A stretch of DNA of 25,943 bases from Hadesarchaea archaeon (GTDB taxonomy: Archaea > Hadarchaeota > Hadarchaeia > Hadarchaeales > Hadarchaeaceae), in the NCBI GenBank assembly GCA_030619825.1, contig JAUXAS010000005.1, positions 1 through 25,943 on the forward strand, given 5' to 3'. The first letter of the stretch is position 1, and each line of letters starts with the position of its first letter. The notes beneath the pieces are model-generated. The model was not told where the DNA came from. It did not search any database and saw only the letters and a program-made list of their open reading frames with translations. The position numbers and the translations under genes are program-made. Shown piece after piece: positions 1-8,604 of this stretch.

Positions 1-1
1 A

Positions 2-424
2 GTCTTCGCCCCGCTCATCGCTAAGGATGGGGCCGAGATCGTGCTCGCGCTCGAGCCCCTCGAGGGACTCCGCAACGCCGTAAAATTCCTCGCCAAGGGC
101 GGGATGCTGCTCACGAACACCCGTGCTTGGCTGCCCGTCGACGTAAACATAGGGCGGGCCGAGTATCCGAGCTTGAAAGCAATCAAGGGCGCCGTCGAAA
201 AGCTTGGCGCTGAAGTCGTGGCGATCGATGCAACCTCGCTGGCACAACAGGCGGGGAACGTGCGGACGGTGAACGTCGTCATGCTCGGGGCGCTCGCGGG
301 GACGGACAAGCTGCCGATCTCCGTTGAGACGCTAAAGGAGGTCGTCCGAGAAAACGTCCCGCCGAAAACCATCGAGGCTAACCTCCGCGCCTTCGAGCTT
401 GGATTCGCGACAATAAAGAAGTAA
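2..424 (+). CDS. iorB: indolepyruvate:ferredoxin oxidoreductase beta subunit (5'-partial, runs off left edge)
   Basis: Frame is open from base 2 (VFAPLIAKDGAEIVLALEPLEGLR). Motifs LALEPLEG, AGNVRTVNVVMLGAL and EANLRAFELG are typical of IorB/POR-gamma family proteins. Confidence 0.85.
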   Translation, partial: VFAPLIAKDGAEIVLALEPLEGLRNAVKFLAKGGMLLTNTRAWLPVDVNIGRAEYPSLKAIKGAVEKLGAEVVAIDATSLAQQAGNVRTVNVVMLGALAGTDKLPISVETLKEVVRENVPPKTIEANLRAFELGFATIKK

Positions 425-462
425 AACTCACTTTTTGCTTCCGGCAATTTGATGCCTGACTT

Positions 463-498
463 ATATGAACAAATATTTATATGAAGTTAGATTCATAA
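463..498 (+). promoter_or_regulatory. acr3-arsR promoter with tandem ArsR/SmtB-type operator palindromes over the TATA box
   Basis: ATATGAA-caaata-TTTATAT (463-482) and ATATGAA-gttaga-TTCATAA (479-498). TATA-like TTTATA at 476-481, about 40 nt upstream of the acr3 start. TGAA-N6-TTCA cores are characteristic of ArsR/SmtB operators. Confidence 0.65.
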
Positions 499-517
499 AT
501 CACAACTGGGTAATGGG

Positions 518-1564
518 GTGGCCGAGAGGAAGCTTGGTATTTTTGAAAAATATTTGAGCATCTGGGTCGCCCTCTGCATAATTGTTGGAATAGTTCTCGG
601 CAAGCTGCTTCCCGAGCTGTCCAAGGCTCTGAGTGAGATTCAGTATGCCAACGTCTCGATCCCCATCGCGATTTGCCTTTTCTTCATGATTTACCCCATA
701 ATGGTCCAGATTGACTTCAGGAGAGTAGTCCAAGCAGGAAAAACACCTAAACCCGTTGGAGTGACCCTATTTGTGAACTGGCTGATCAAGCCCTTCACCA
801 TGGTGTTCTTCGCTTGGTTATTCATGACAATAATTTGGGCACCGTTTATATCCGCGGAGATGGCTTCACAATACCAAGCTGGCATGATCCTCCTTGGTGT
901 CGCCCCATGTACAGCCATGGTGTTAGTTTGGGGCTATTTATCCAAGGGCAACATGGGGCATACGTTAGTGATGACTGCTATCAACTCGCTAACCATGCTT
1001 TTCCTTTACGCCCCCCTCGGCGCATTCTTGTTGGGGGTGGCACGAATTCCCGTGCCATGGGAAACCATTGCCTTCTCCGTAGGGATTTACATCGGGCTTC
1101 CGTTGGTAGTGGGTTATTTTTCTAGGAAAGAAATTCTCAAGAGGAAAGGGCGCAGTTGGTTTGAGGGGCACTTTGCCCCTTATCTACACTACGTTGCAAT
1201 CACCGCTTTGCTGATCACATTGATTGTGCTCTTCAGCCTGCAAGGGGAGGTAATCGTCAGACAACCGCTGATCATCGGAATGATCGCGGTACCGTTGTTG
1301 ATTCAAGTGTTCCTTATATTCGGCATCGGCTATGGTATTTCTAAACGAGTTGGCCTCCCATACGAAGATGCGGCGCCAACAGCACAGATCGGGGCCAGCA
1401 ACCACTTCGAGGTTGCAATTGCCGTTGCAGTAATGCTTTTTGGTATCGAATCGGGTGCTGCCCTCGCGACCGTCGTTGGTGTGTTGATAGAGGTGCCAGT
1501 GATGCTCACCCTTGTAAAGATCTGCCTCAGAACCCAACACTGGTTCCCAGCTAAAGGAAGATGA
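518..1564 (+). CDS. acr3: Acr3-family arsenite efflux transporter
   Basis: 348-aa polytopic membrane protein with Acr3 motifs [38 protein letters not shown] and GVLIEVP. Confidence 0.95.
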   Translation: MAERKLGIFEKYLSIWVALCIIVGIVLGKLLPELSKALSEIQYANVSIPIAICLFFMIYPIMVQIDFRRVVQAGKTPKPVGVTLFVNWLIKPFTMVFFAWLFMTIIWAPFISAEMASQYQAGMILLGVAPCTAMVLVWGYLSKGNMGHTLVMTAINSLTMLFLYAPLGAFLLGVARIPVPWETIAFSVGIYIGLPLVVGYFSRKEILKRKGRSWFEGHFAPYLHYVAITALLITLIVLFSLQGEVIVRQPLIIGMIAVPLLIQVFLIFGIGYGISKRVGLPYEDAAPTAQIGASNHFEVAIAVAVMLFGIESGAALATVVGVLIEVPVMLTLVKICLRTQHWFPAKGR

Positions 1565-1568
1565 TGAG

Positions 1569-1847
1569 TTGGCGATTGATAAACAACTTAGGCTGCTCAA
1601 ATGCGTAGCAGATGAAACGCGATTTCAAATATTGATGACCCTCGAAGGCGGCGAACGCTGTGTGTGCGAGATTATAGAGGAGCTGGGGGAAGAACAATCA
1701 CTGATATCGCATCACCTGCGAGCTCTGAGGAAGTGCGGCCTCATACGCAGACGACGCGAGGGGAAGAAAATAATGTACCGACTTGCGGACCCCTCGATAT
1801 TGGGATTACTAACCAATGTTGAAAAACTCGCCAGCAAATTTTGTTGA
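1569..1847 (+). CDS. arsR: ArsR/SmtB-family metalloregulatory repressor
   Basis: 92 aa with ADETRFQIL, the ERCVCEI (CVC) metal-binding motif, QSLISHHLRALRKCGLI and RREGK. Directly downstream of acr3. Confidence 0.9.
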   Translation: MAIDKQLRLLKCVADETRFQILMTLEGGERCVCEIIEELGEEQSLISHHLRALRKCGLIRRRREGKKIMYRLADPSILGLLTNVEKLASKFC

Positions 1848-1852
1848 GCTAA

Positions 1853-2140
1853 TTATACACCAGCAGCTGCGGGTGGGGAGATTGCGATCTCGTCCTTGTG
1901 CTTGAGCTTGGTGTGGATTCCGCGGATCTGCTGAATTGGTCGGCCGTTAAGCAGAATGTCGAAATACTCCCGGAGCTCCCCCGTCGTTGGATCCAGAATC
2001 GCTTCAACTACCTGGGGGTGGTGCCGGCTGAGCCTCATTAGCAGAATGTCCACGGTCTCATCCTCGTTGATCGGGACCTTTATCGTGTCGGTGCCCGCCT
2101 TTTCCCGCAAATCGCCACGCAACTTGACTACGACTTCCAT
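1853..2140 (-). CDS. MoaD/ThiS/SAMP ubiquitin-like sulfur carrier with a non-canonical C-terminus (PPAAAGV)
   Basis: Beta-grasp signature (VKLRGDLREKAG, ILLNGRPI, TKLKHKDEIAISPP). The terminal Gly-Gly is absent. Confidence 0.75.
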   Translation of the reverse strand: MEVVVKLRGDLREKAGTDTIKVPINEDETVDILLMRLSRHHPQVVEAILDPTTGELREYFDILLNGRPIQQIRGIHTKLKHKDEIAISPPAAAGV

Positions 2141-2144
2141 CCAA

Positions 2145-2366
2145 TCACAGCTTTCGAATGCGGATGGGTTCTGCCGCTACGTCTGCTAGACCAAGCTCGC
2201 CAAGCGCGGCCTCGGTCGGATTCCAATTAGCTCTCCACTTGCGCATTTCGTAGTATTCTTTTAACATCACATCAAAGTTAGCAACCTGTCTCTTCCCCGG
2301 TCCACCTGCGTAAATTATCCTAGCCATTTCTCCACCCAAAGGCTCAACCGTAACAATTGAGGGCAA
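2145..2366 (-). pseudogene. C-terminal remnant of a tungsten aldehyde:ferredoxin oxidoreductase (AOR family)
   Basis: GGPGKRQVANFDVMLKEYYEMRKWRANWNPTEAALGELGL matches the AOR C-terminal pattern (GPxKG...MLxEYYxxRGW...PTxxxLxxLGL). Only about 73 codons remain, with in-frame TAG TGA immediately upstream. It lies upstream of the moaD-like gene, as in aor-moaD operons. Confidence 0.7.
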
Positions 2367-2412
2367 TCACTAAAAGGTTTTCGGGAGCCCAGGAAAGCCA
2401 CCATCCGAATAA

Positions 2413-2425
2413 GTTTAAATTAAAC
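2413..2425 (+). promoter_or_regulatory. TATA box of argG within the palindrome GTTTAA-A-TTAAAC
   Basis: Purine-rich BRE-like GAATAAG followed by TTTAAAT, about 30 nt upstream of ATG 2451. Confidence 0.5.
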
Positions 2426-2450
2426 CAAGATAATGAAAATGGATGAGAAA

Positions 2451-3629
2451 ATGGCCGAAAAGATTGTGCTCGCATTTTCCGGCGGTCTAGACACCAGCTT
2501 TTGTGTGGTTTACCTTAAAGAAGAAAGAAAGTTCGATGTAATCACCGCTACGATAGACACGGGTGGGCTTAGTAAGGAGGAGCTGAAATACGTTGAAAAT
2601 CGCTCTAAAGAGCTCGGGGCAGTAGAGCACTATTTCATCGATGCGAAGACGGAGATATTCGATGAGATAATCTCCAACATAATCAAGGCCAATGCGCTGT
2701 ACCAGGGAGTTTATCCACTCATGTGCTCCGACCGCTACACCATCGCGAAGCACCTAATCGATATCGCTAAAAAGGAAAGTGCCAACGCGGTTGCACATGG
2801 ATGCACCGGTGCAGGAAATGATCAAGTGCGGATCGATGTCACCGTGATGAGCTTGGTCCCAGAACTCAAAATAATCGCCCCGATCCGCGAGTTATGCCTG
2901 CGGCGACAACAGGAGATAGAATACTTGGAGAAGAAAGGGTTCAAAGTAAAAAGTGAGACTAAAAAGTATACCATCAACGAAAACGTGTTTGGGCGCACCA
3001 TATCTGGCTCGGAGATAGACGAAAACAAGGCGCCGCGCGAAGAAATATGGGTGATGACCAAAGTTCAGAAGAAAGAACCCGAGCGCGTCAAGATCTCCTT
3101 TAAAAAGGGCGTCCCCACCGCAATAAACGGCAAGAGGATGCACGGGATAGAAATTCTGCGGAAGCTCAACGAAATGGCGGGAGCACACGGATATGGAAGA
3201 AGGTTGTATGTGGAAGACGAGACCCTCGGGATAAAAGGGTATCAAGCCTTCGAAGCACCTGGGATGCTCTTGCTCATAGAGTCGCACAGAGCACTAGAGA
3301 GGCTCGTACTCACGCACCATCAACTCAACACCAAAGCGCCCTTGGAAAATATCTACGCCGATTTGTCTTATCGCGGCCTATTTTATGAACCGGTGATGCG
3401 GAATATCGAAAAGTTCGTGGATTCCACCCAAGAAGTTGTGACCGGAGATGTCGCAATGCGATTGCACAACATGAGCGCGATGCAGGAAAGCGTTTCTTCC
3501 CCATACTCCCTAGTGCGAGAAGACATAGCACGCTACGCACAGACGGCGGGCTGGAAGGGGATAGACGCGGAGTCGTTCATCAAAATGTACGGATTACAGC
3601 AGAGAATCGCTTGGGCTAGAAAAAAGTGA
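2451..3629 (+). CDS. argG: argininosuccinate synthase
   Basis: IVLAFSGGLDTS PP-loop, AHGCTGAGNDQVR, IAPIRE and YTINEN. Alternative ATGs at 2433 and 2439; 2451 fits TATA spacing. Confidence 0.96.
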   Translation: MAEKIVLAFSGGLDTSFCVVYLKEERKFDVITATIDTGGLSKEELKYVENRSKELGAVEHYFIDAKTEIFDEIISNIIKANALYQGVYPLMCSDRYTIAKHLIDIAKKESANAVAHGCTGAGNDQVRIDVTVMSLVPELKIIAPIRELCLRRQQEIEYLEKKGFKVKSETKKYTINENVFGRTISGSEIDENKAPREEIWVMTKVQKKEPERVKISFKKGVPTAINGKRMHGIEILRKLNEMAGAHGYGRRLYVEDETLGIKGYQAFEAPGMLLLIESHRALERLVLTHHQLNTKAPLENIYADLSYRGLFYEPVMRNIEKFVDSTQEVVTGDVAMRLHNMSAMQESVSSPYSLVREDIARYAQTAGWKGIDAESFIKMYGLQQRIAWARKK

Positions 3630-3654
3630 AGTACTCCATTTCGATGAAAATATC

Positions 3655-3665
3655 AAACTTTTTAT
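3655..3665 (+). promoter_or_regulatory. BRE/TATA-like promoter for argH-argC
   Basis: AAACTTTTTAT in the argG-argH spacer. Confidence 0.45.
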
Positions 3666-3714
3666 GTAAACCCGCTAACAACATCTCGTGACGAAGCAGG
3701 TGCCGGTGTTAGAG

Positions 3715-5196
3715 ATGTTACGCAAAGGGCGATTCGAGCGGCCGATGGAACCTCTCGCCGCTGAATACACCTCCTCGATGCAGGCCGACATGCGGATTTT
3801 CTACTCAGTTGTGCAGGTCAACCTAGCGCACATTATCATGCTCGCGGAACGGCGAATCATCACCGAGCAGGATGCAGCCGCCATCCTCCGGGCACTCTAC
3901 GAACTCCATGAGCGCGGCGTTGAAGGGTTGGACCTCCGCCCAGAGCTCGAGGACATTCACATGGCGGTGGAGGAATTCGTGATTAAGGCGACGAGTGAGG
4001 AAGTTGGGGGTAAGCTCAACACCGCGAAGAGCCGCAACGATCAAGTCGCCACGGCTATCCGCCTGACCCTGCGCAAGGGCTTATTCGACGTTGAGGAGAG
4101 GCTGCTCGAACTCGTGGGTGCTTTGGTCGCGCTCGCCGAGAAAAATACCGATGTGATAATGCCCGGCTACACTCACCTTCAGGTCGCACAGCCCACGACC
4201 TTCGCCCATTGGCTTACCGCCCACGCCTCCGCTATCATCCGCGATGTCGAGCGCATTGACCGGGCCTACGATGCCGCGAACTCCTGCGTGATGGGGGCCT
4301 GTGCGCTCGCGGGGACGAGCTTCCCCATCGATCGCATGCGGGTAGCACATATGTTGGGCTTCAAGCGCATCGACGAGAATACCATGGATGCCATCAGCTC
4401 ACGCGACTTCGCCCTGCAGGCCATGAGCTCCCTAGCGATCGCAATGGTTAACCTCAGCAGGCTGGCCGAGGAGCTCATGCTTTGGGGCTCGGCGGAGTTC
4501 GACATGATCGAGCTGCCCGAGGAATTCGCGGCGACGAGCAGCATCATGCCTCAGAAGAAGAACCCAGTCGTTGCCGAACTTGCGCGCGCAAAGGCCGGGC
4601 GTGTCTTCGGGAATCTTTCAGGGGCCCTCGCGGTGATGAAGGCCCTCCCCCAATCCTACAACCTCGACTTTCAGGACTTGACACCCTTGCTGTGGAACTC
4701 CGTTGATGAAACGAGAGACAGCGCGGGGGTGATGGCAAAACTGATCGGTGCAATCGAGCCGAATCGGGAAACGATGCGCAAGCGAGCCGAAGGAGGGTTC
4801 GCGGCCGCTACGGAACTTGCCGACACGCTCGTGCGGAAGGTAGGGTTGGCCTTCAGGGATGCCCACGCAATCGTTGGAAAGATGGTCGCCCGCGCAACTA
4901 ATGAGGGCCGAGGCCCAGGGGAGCTGAACATCGAGGACCTGCAGGCAGCATCGAAAGAGGTTCTGAACAAAGAGGTCCATCTCAAGCCCGAGGAGCTAAA
5001 AGAAGCACTCGACCTCGATAAGTGCATCGCGGTCCGGGATCTACCGGGCGGCCCAGCTCCGAAGGCCGTTCAGGGGCAGCTCAAGACCCTGAAGCAGAAT
5101 GTGAAGAACCACGCAAAGCTCATGCGCGCCCGAAGGCGAGCAATTACAAACGCAGAAGTGAAGCTATTGAAGGAAGCTCGAAGGCGTTCGCGATGA
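3715..5196 (+). CDS. argH: argininosuccinate lyase
   Basis: EDIHMAVE, TAKSRNDQVAT, MPGYTHLQVAQP and the lyase signature SSIMPQKKNP. ATG 3715 (MLRKGRF) is preferred to GTG 3688. Confidence 0.96.
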   Translation: MLRKGRFERPMEPLAAEYTSSMQADMRIFYSVVQVNLAHIIMLAERRIITEQDAAAILRALYELHERGVEGLDLRPELEDIHMAVEEFVIKATSEEVGGKLNTAKSRNDQVATAIRLTLRKGLFDVEERLLELVGALVALAEKNTDVIMPGYTHLQVAQPTTFAHWLTAHASAIIRDVERIDRAYDAANSCVMGACALAGTSFPIDRMRVAHMLGFKRIDENTMDAISSRDFALQAMSSLAIAMVNLSRLAEELMLWGSAEFDMIELPEEFAATSSIMPQKKNPVVAELARAKAGRVFGNLSGALAVMKALPQSYNLDFQDLTPLLWNSVDETRDSAGVMAKLIGAIEPNRETMRKRAEGGFAAATELADTLVRKVGLAFRDAHAIVGKMVARATNEGRGPGELNIEDLQAASKEVLNKEVHLKPEELKEALDLDKCIAVRDLPGGPAPKAVQGQLKTLKQNVKNHAKLMRARRRAITNAEVKLLKEARRRSR

Positions 5197-6221
5197 CGGT
5201 CACGGCTGCGGTGGTCGGGGCATCGGGCTACGCAGGCGTGGAACTTTTTAGATTGCTCGTGGGCCACTCTGGGGTGAAGCTCGTTGGGGCCTACGACATC
5301 CGCAACGTCGGGAAGCGGGTGAGCGAGGTCCACCCGAACCTCCGGGGCTTGGTCGACATGAAAATCGCCGAACCTGATTATTTAAAAATCGGAAAGATTG
5401 CCAAGGTGGTCTTCGTCGCCACCCCCCACGGCATCGCGATGAAGTTCGTTCCAAAGTTGCTCAAGGGTGGAGCGAAGGTTGTGGACCTGAGTGCGGACTA
5501 CAGATTCGAGGATGTCAGGATATTCGAGCGCCACTACGTCAAGCACGAGAGCCCGCAGGTCAAGGGTGTGTACGGACTACCGGAGCTCCATCGCGCAAAA
5601 ATCAAGCGTGCGAAACTCGTTGCGAGCCCAGGGTGCTACCCAACGGCTGCTATCCTCAGCGTGGCACCATTGATCAAGCGGCGCCTAATCGATTTAGACC
5701 ACATTGTCATCGACGCCAAGACCGGAACCTCTGGAGCCGGAGCCGCCCCAAGCGAGGTGACCCACCACCCTGCCACGGGTGCGAACATTCGGGCTTACGC
5801 CGCGACCACCCACCGCCACACTCCCGAAATCAACCAAGAGCTGAGCAAGCTGGCGGGGCAAAAGGTCGAAACCCACTTCACCCCCCACCTCATCCCCATC
5901 GTGCGAGGCATTCTCTCTACAGCACATGTTTTCCTTCGCAAGCCGACTAGGGCGAAAGCCTTGCTCGGGCTCTACCGCAAGTTTTACGCGGGCGAACCAT
6001 TTGTGCGAGTGCTGGAGGAGCTACCGCAGGTGAACTTCGTGGTCGGATCAAACTACTGCGATATCGGGTTCGAGCTAGATGCGAGGAGAAATAGGTTGGT
6101 CATGGTCGCTGCTATCGATAACCTCATCAAAGGCGCTTCAGGACAGGCAATCCAGAATATGAACCTGATGTTCGGGTTTGATGAAACAAGAGGGATAGAA
6201 GCCCTGGCGCTGAGGCCTTGA
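5193..6221 (+). CDS. argC: N-acetyl-gamma-glutamyl-phosphate reductase
   Basis: VVGASGYAG Rossmann motif, DLSADYR, YGLPE, catalytic PGCYPT, HRHTPEI and DNLIKGASGQAIQNMN. Start is the ATG at 5193, overlapping the argH stop (ATGA). Confidence 0.96.
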   Translation: MTVTAAVVGASGYAGVELFRLLVGHSGVKLVGAYDIRNVGKRVSEVHPNLRGLVDMKIAEPDYLKIGKIAKVVFVATPHGIAMKFVPKLLKGGAKVVDLSADYRFEDVRIFERHYVKHESPQVKGVYGLPELHRAKIKRAKLVASPGCYPTAAILSVAPLIKRRLIDLDHIVIDAKTGTSGAGAAPSEVTHHPATGANIRAYAATTHRHTPEINQELSKLAGQKVETHFTPHLIPIVRGILSTAHVFLRKPTRAKALLGLYRKFYAGEPFVRVLEELPQVNFVVGSNYCDIGFELDARRNRLVMVAAIDNLIKGASGQAIQNMNLMFGFDETRGIEALALRP

Positions 6222-6340
6222 CGAAAACCACGGTAATAAAGTTTTGATTAGATATCATTAAATAGAATTTTCATCAAAGGTTGGTCTAGCTCACCATACA
6301 TTTGCTCTTTCACGCGCGCCAACTTTTCACTTTTCCCAGC

Positions 6341-6351
6341 AAACTTTAAAG
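6341..6351 (+). promoter_or_regulatory. BRE/TATA-like promoter for argJ
   Basis: CAAAC-TTTAAAG about 33 nt upstream of the argJ ATG; GGTG SD-like motif before the start. Confidence 0.45.
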
Positions 6352-6382
6352 ATGCTCTCGCTCCCTTGAGATTGGTGTCCGC

Positions 6383-7615
6383 ATGATTACGGTTCTCGAG
6401 GGAGGCGTGACGAGGGTACCGGGATTTCTCGCAGCCGGTGTGCGGGCGGGGATCAAGCGCCGCGGGCTGGACCTGATGCTAATCGTCAACGAAGACGGCC
6501 CCGTTGCCGCAGCGGGGGCTTTCACGACCAACCTGATCAAGGGCGCACCCCTTCTCGTGACGATGAAACACGTGAAGAACGGCGAGCTTGCAGCGGTGGT
6601 CGCGAACTCCGGGAGCGCGAACGCGTATACAGGCAAGCGAGGGTTGCGGGACGCGCGCCGGATGACCCGCCTCGTGGCGCGCCTGCTGAAACTCCGTACC
6701 GGTGACATCGCCGTTGCATCAACGGGCCTGATAGGCTTACGCTTGCCCATGCGGAAGATCGAGACCGGAATCCGCGCTGCCGTCGAAGAGCTCTTGAACT
6801 CGCGCGAGGCGAGCCTGAATGCAGTCAAGGCAATTATGACCACAGACACCACGCCCAAGGAAATTGCAGTTCGAGTCGACCTCGGTGATGGAACACCTGT
6901 AACCATCGCGGGCATAGCGAAAGGCGCCGGCATGATTCACCCAAATCTACAAACTGCAACCATGCTCGCATTCATCGTCACCGACGCCGCGGTGAGCCCT
7001 GCGGCGCTCCGGGCCACGCTCCAGAATTCGATCGATCAAAGTTTCAACATGATCAACATCGACAACGAAACCAGCACTAACGATATGGTGCTCGCGCTCG
7101 CGAACGGGCGAGCGAAAAATCGTCCCATCACGCTTAAACACCGGGATAAGCGGTTCCAGGCCGGGCTCGACGAGGTGCTCACCGAGCTTGCTTGGATGAT
7201 GGCCAAGGATGGAGAAGGGGCTTCGCACTTGATCGAGGTTCAGGTGAAAAACGCGCGAAATAAGGTGGACGCGCGCCGTGCCTCCCTAGCCGTTGTCGGA
7301 TCAAACTTGGTCAAGGCTGCGATATTCGGGCGTGACCCCAACTACGGCCGGGTCATCGCCGCGCTCGGCTACTCGGGGGCATCGTTCGACCCATCCAAAC
7401 TCAGCTTGGAACTCGTGAGCGATCGGGGGCGCGTCAATCTCGTCAAGCGCGGCAAGCCGAGGCCTTGGCGAGCGATTGGGCGGGCGCGCGACCTGATGCG
7501 CAGCAAAGAGATCGAAATCCACGTCGACCTCGCCGCTGGAAAAGCCTGCGCCACGGCTTGGGGATGTGACTTGACCTACGACTACGTGCGGATAAATTCC
7601 CGTTATACTACGTAG
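6383..7615 (+). CDS. argJ: ornithine acetyltransferase / N-acetylglutamate synthase (ArgJ)
   Basis: NSGSANAYTG, ASTGLIG, AIMTTDT, AKGAGMIHPN..ATML (autoproteolytic Thr), STNDMV, KDGEGA and WGCDLTYDYVRINSRY. Confidence 0.96.
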   Translation: MITVLEGGVTRVPGFLAAGVRAGIKRRGLDLMLIVNEDGPVAAAGAFTTNLIKGAPLLVTMKHVKNGELAAVVANSGSANAYTGKRGLRDARRMTRLVARLLKLRTGDIAVASTGLIGLRLPMRKIETGIRAAVEELLNSREASLNAVKAIMTTDTTPKEIAVRVDLGDGTPVTIAGIAKGAGMIHPNLQTATMLAFIVTDAAVSPAALRATLQNSIDQSFNMINIDNETSTNDMVLALANGRAKNRPITLKHRDKRFQAGLDEVLTELAWMMAKDGEGASHLIEVQVKNARNKVDARRASLAVVGSNLVKAAIFGRDPNYGRVIAALGYSGASFDPSKLSLELVSDRGRVNLVKRGKPRPWRAIGRARDLMRSKEIEIHVDLAAGKACATAWGCDLTYDYVRINSRYTT

Positions 7616-7821
7616 TTCATTCTCCTAGCAAAACATGACAAACTGAAAGCGAAACGGGGAAACCTGAGGGAAGAAACTTCACACTTAACACCATCCCAAG
7701 TTTTGAACAACCCGAGAATGAAGAGCGAACGACGATAAATCGCCAAGTGTTATACGCACATATACTCGTATGTATTATACTGGGATTTAACCACGAATCA
7801 GCTAAACATACGTGATGGACT

Positions 7822-8379
7822 ATGAAATTTGAAAACATTGTAAAAATGCTGAAAAAAAGTGCAAAAGAAAAAGGTGCAAATTTTGCTAAACTTATTCTAA
7901 CAAAGGACATTTTTGTGGAAGATCACGTGAGGTTAAAATGCCAATATGGATGCGACAGATTTGCGAGACTTTTCACCTGTCCGCCATATGCACCAACGCC
8001 CGACGAAACTAGGAAAATATTGAAAAACTGCAAACAGGGTTTGTTGGTCGAGTTCACAGGAATGAGGAATAGGGAGGAACAACGAGACGTGCACGAGATA
8101 ATGTACGAGCTAGAAAGGGAAGCTTTTTTGAACGGTTTGTACAAGGCTTTTGCCTATACGGCTGGCCCGTGCAGAATTTGCGAAAGCTGTCCAGCAGAAA
8201 AAGTTGAAAGCCCGAATGAATTCAGTAAAAAAGATTGCAAAAATCCGGAAAAGGCCAGACCATCCATGGAAGCCTGTGGGATCGATGTCTATCGGACAGC
8301 AAGAAAAGCCGGATGCAAAATCAACGTTGTAAAAGAAGGAGAACGTTTTAAAAGTTTTGGATTATTGCTGCTCGAATGA
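7822..8379 (+). CDS. DUF2284-like Cys-rich predicted metal-binding protein
   Basis: KCQYGC..TCPPY, LEREAF, GPCRICESC and ARPSMEACGIDV match the DUF2284 pattern as recalled. The gene is AT-rich relative to its neighbours. Confidence 0.8.
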   Translation: MKFENIVKMLKKSAKEKGANFAKLILTKDIFVEDHVRLKCQYGCDRFARLFTCPPYAPTPDETRKILKNCKQGLLVEFTGMRNREEQRDVHEIMYELEREAFLNGLYKAFAYTAGPCRICESCPAEKVESPNEFSKKDCKNPEKARPSMEACGIDVYRTARKAGCKINVVKEGERFKSFGLLLLE

Positions 8380-8413
8380 ATTATTGAAGATGGAATGACC
8401 GAATTCTCCATTT

Positions 8414-8521
8414 CAACTCCCACCTCCCAAATCATAAAATATTAGAGATGAAACCACTTCTCCCCAGGAGTTGCAGAGATTACCTGAGGGCGGGGGCATA
8501 TTTGTAGTATTGTGGGAGTTG
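8414..8521. repeat. 108-bp element bounded by a perfect 10-bp inverted repeat
   Basis: CAACTCCCAC (8414-8423) and GTGGGAGTTG (8512-8521), with an internal CCCCAGG/CCTGAGGG stem. Confidence 0.55.
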
Positions 8522-8604
8522 GGCAGATTAATTTAGAAGTAAATGACCTAGTTTGAGCTATGTTTAAGAACATGAAGTTTAATGAAATCAATTCAGTGGT
8601 AAAA

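Noticed and set aside
5022..5192. 57-aa N-terminal extension of ArgC in the ORF track
   Set aside because: It overlaps argH in another frame; the Rossmann motif begins right after ATG 5193, which overlaps the argH stop.
6222..6340. AT-rich argC-argJ spacer with a short minus-strand frame (..KLARVKEQMYGELDQPLMKILFNDI)
   Set aside because: No recognisable motif or convincing translation start.
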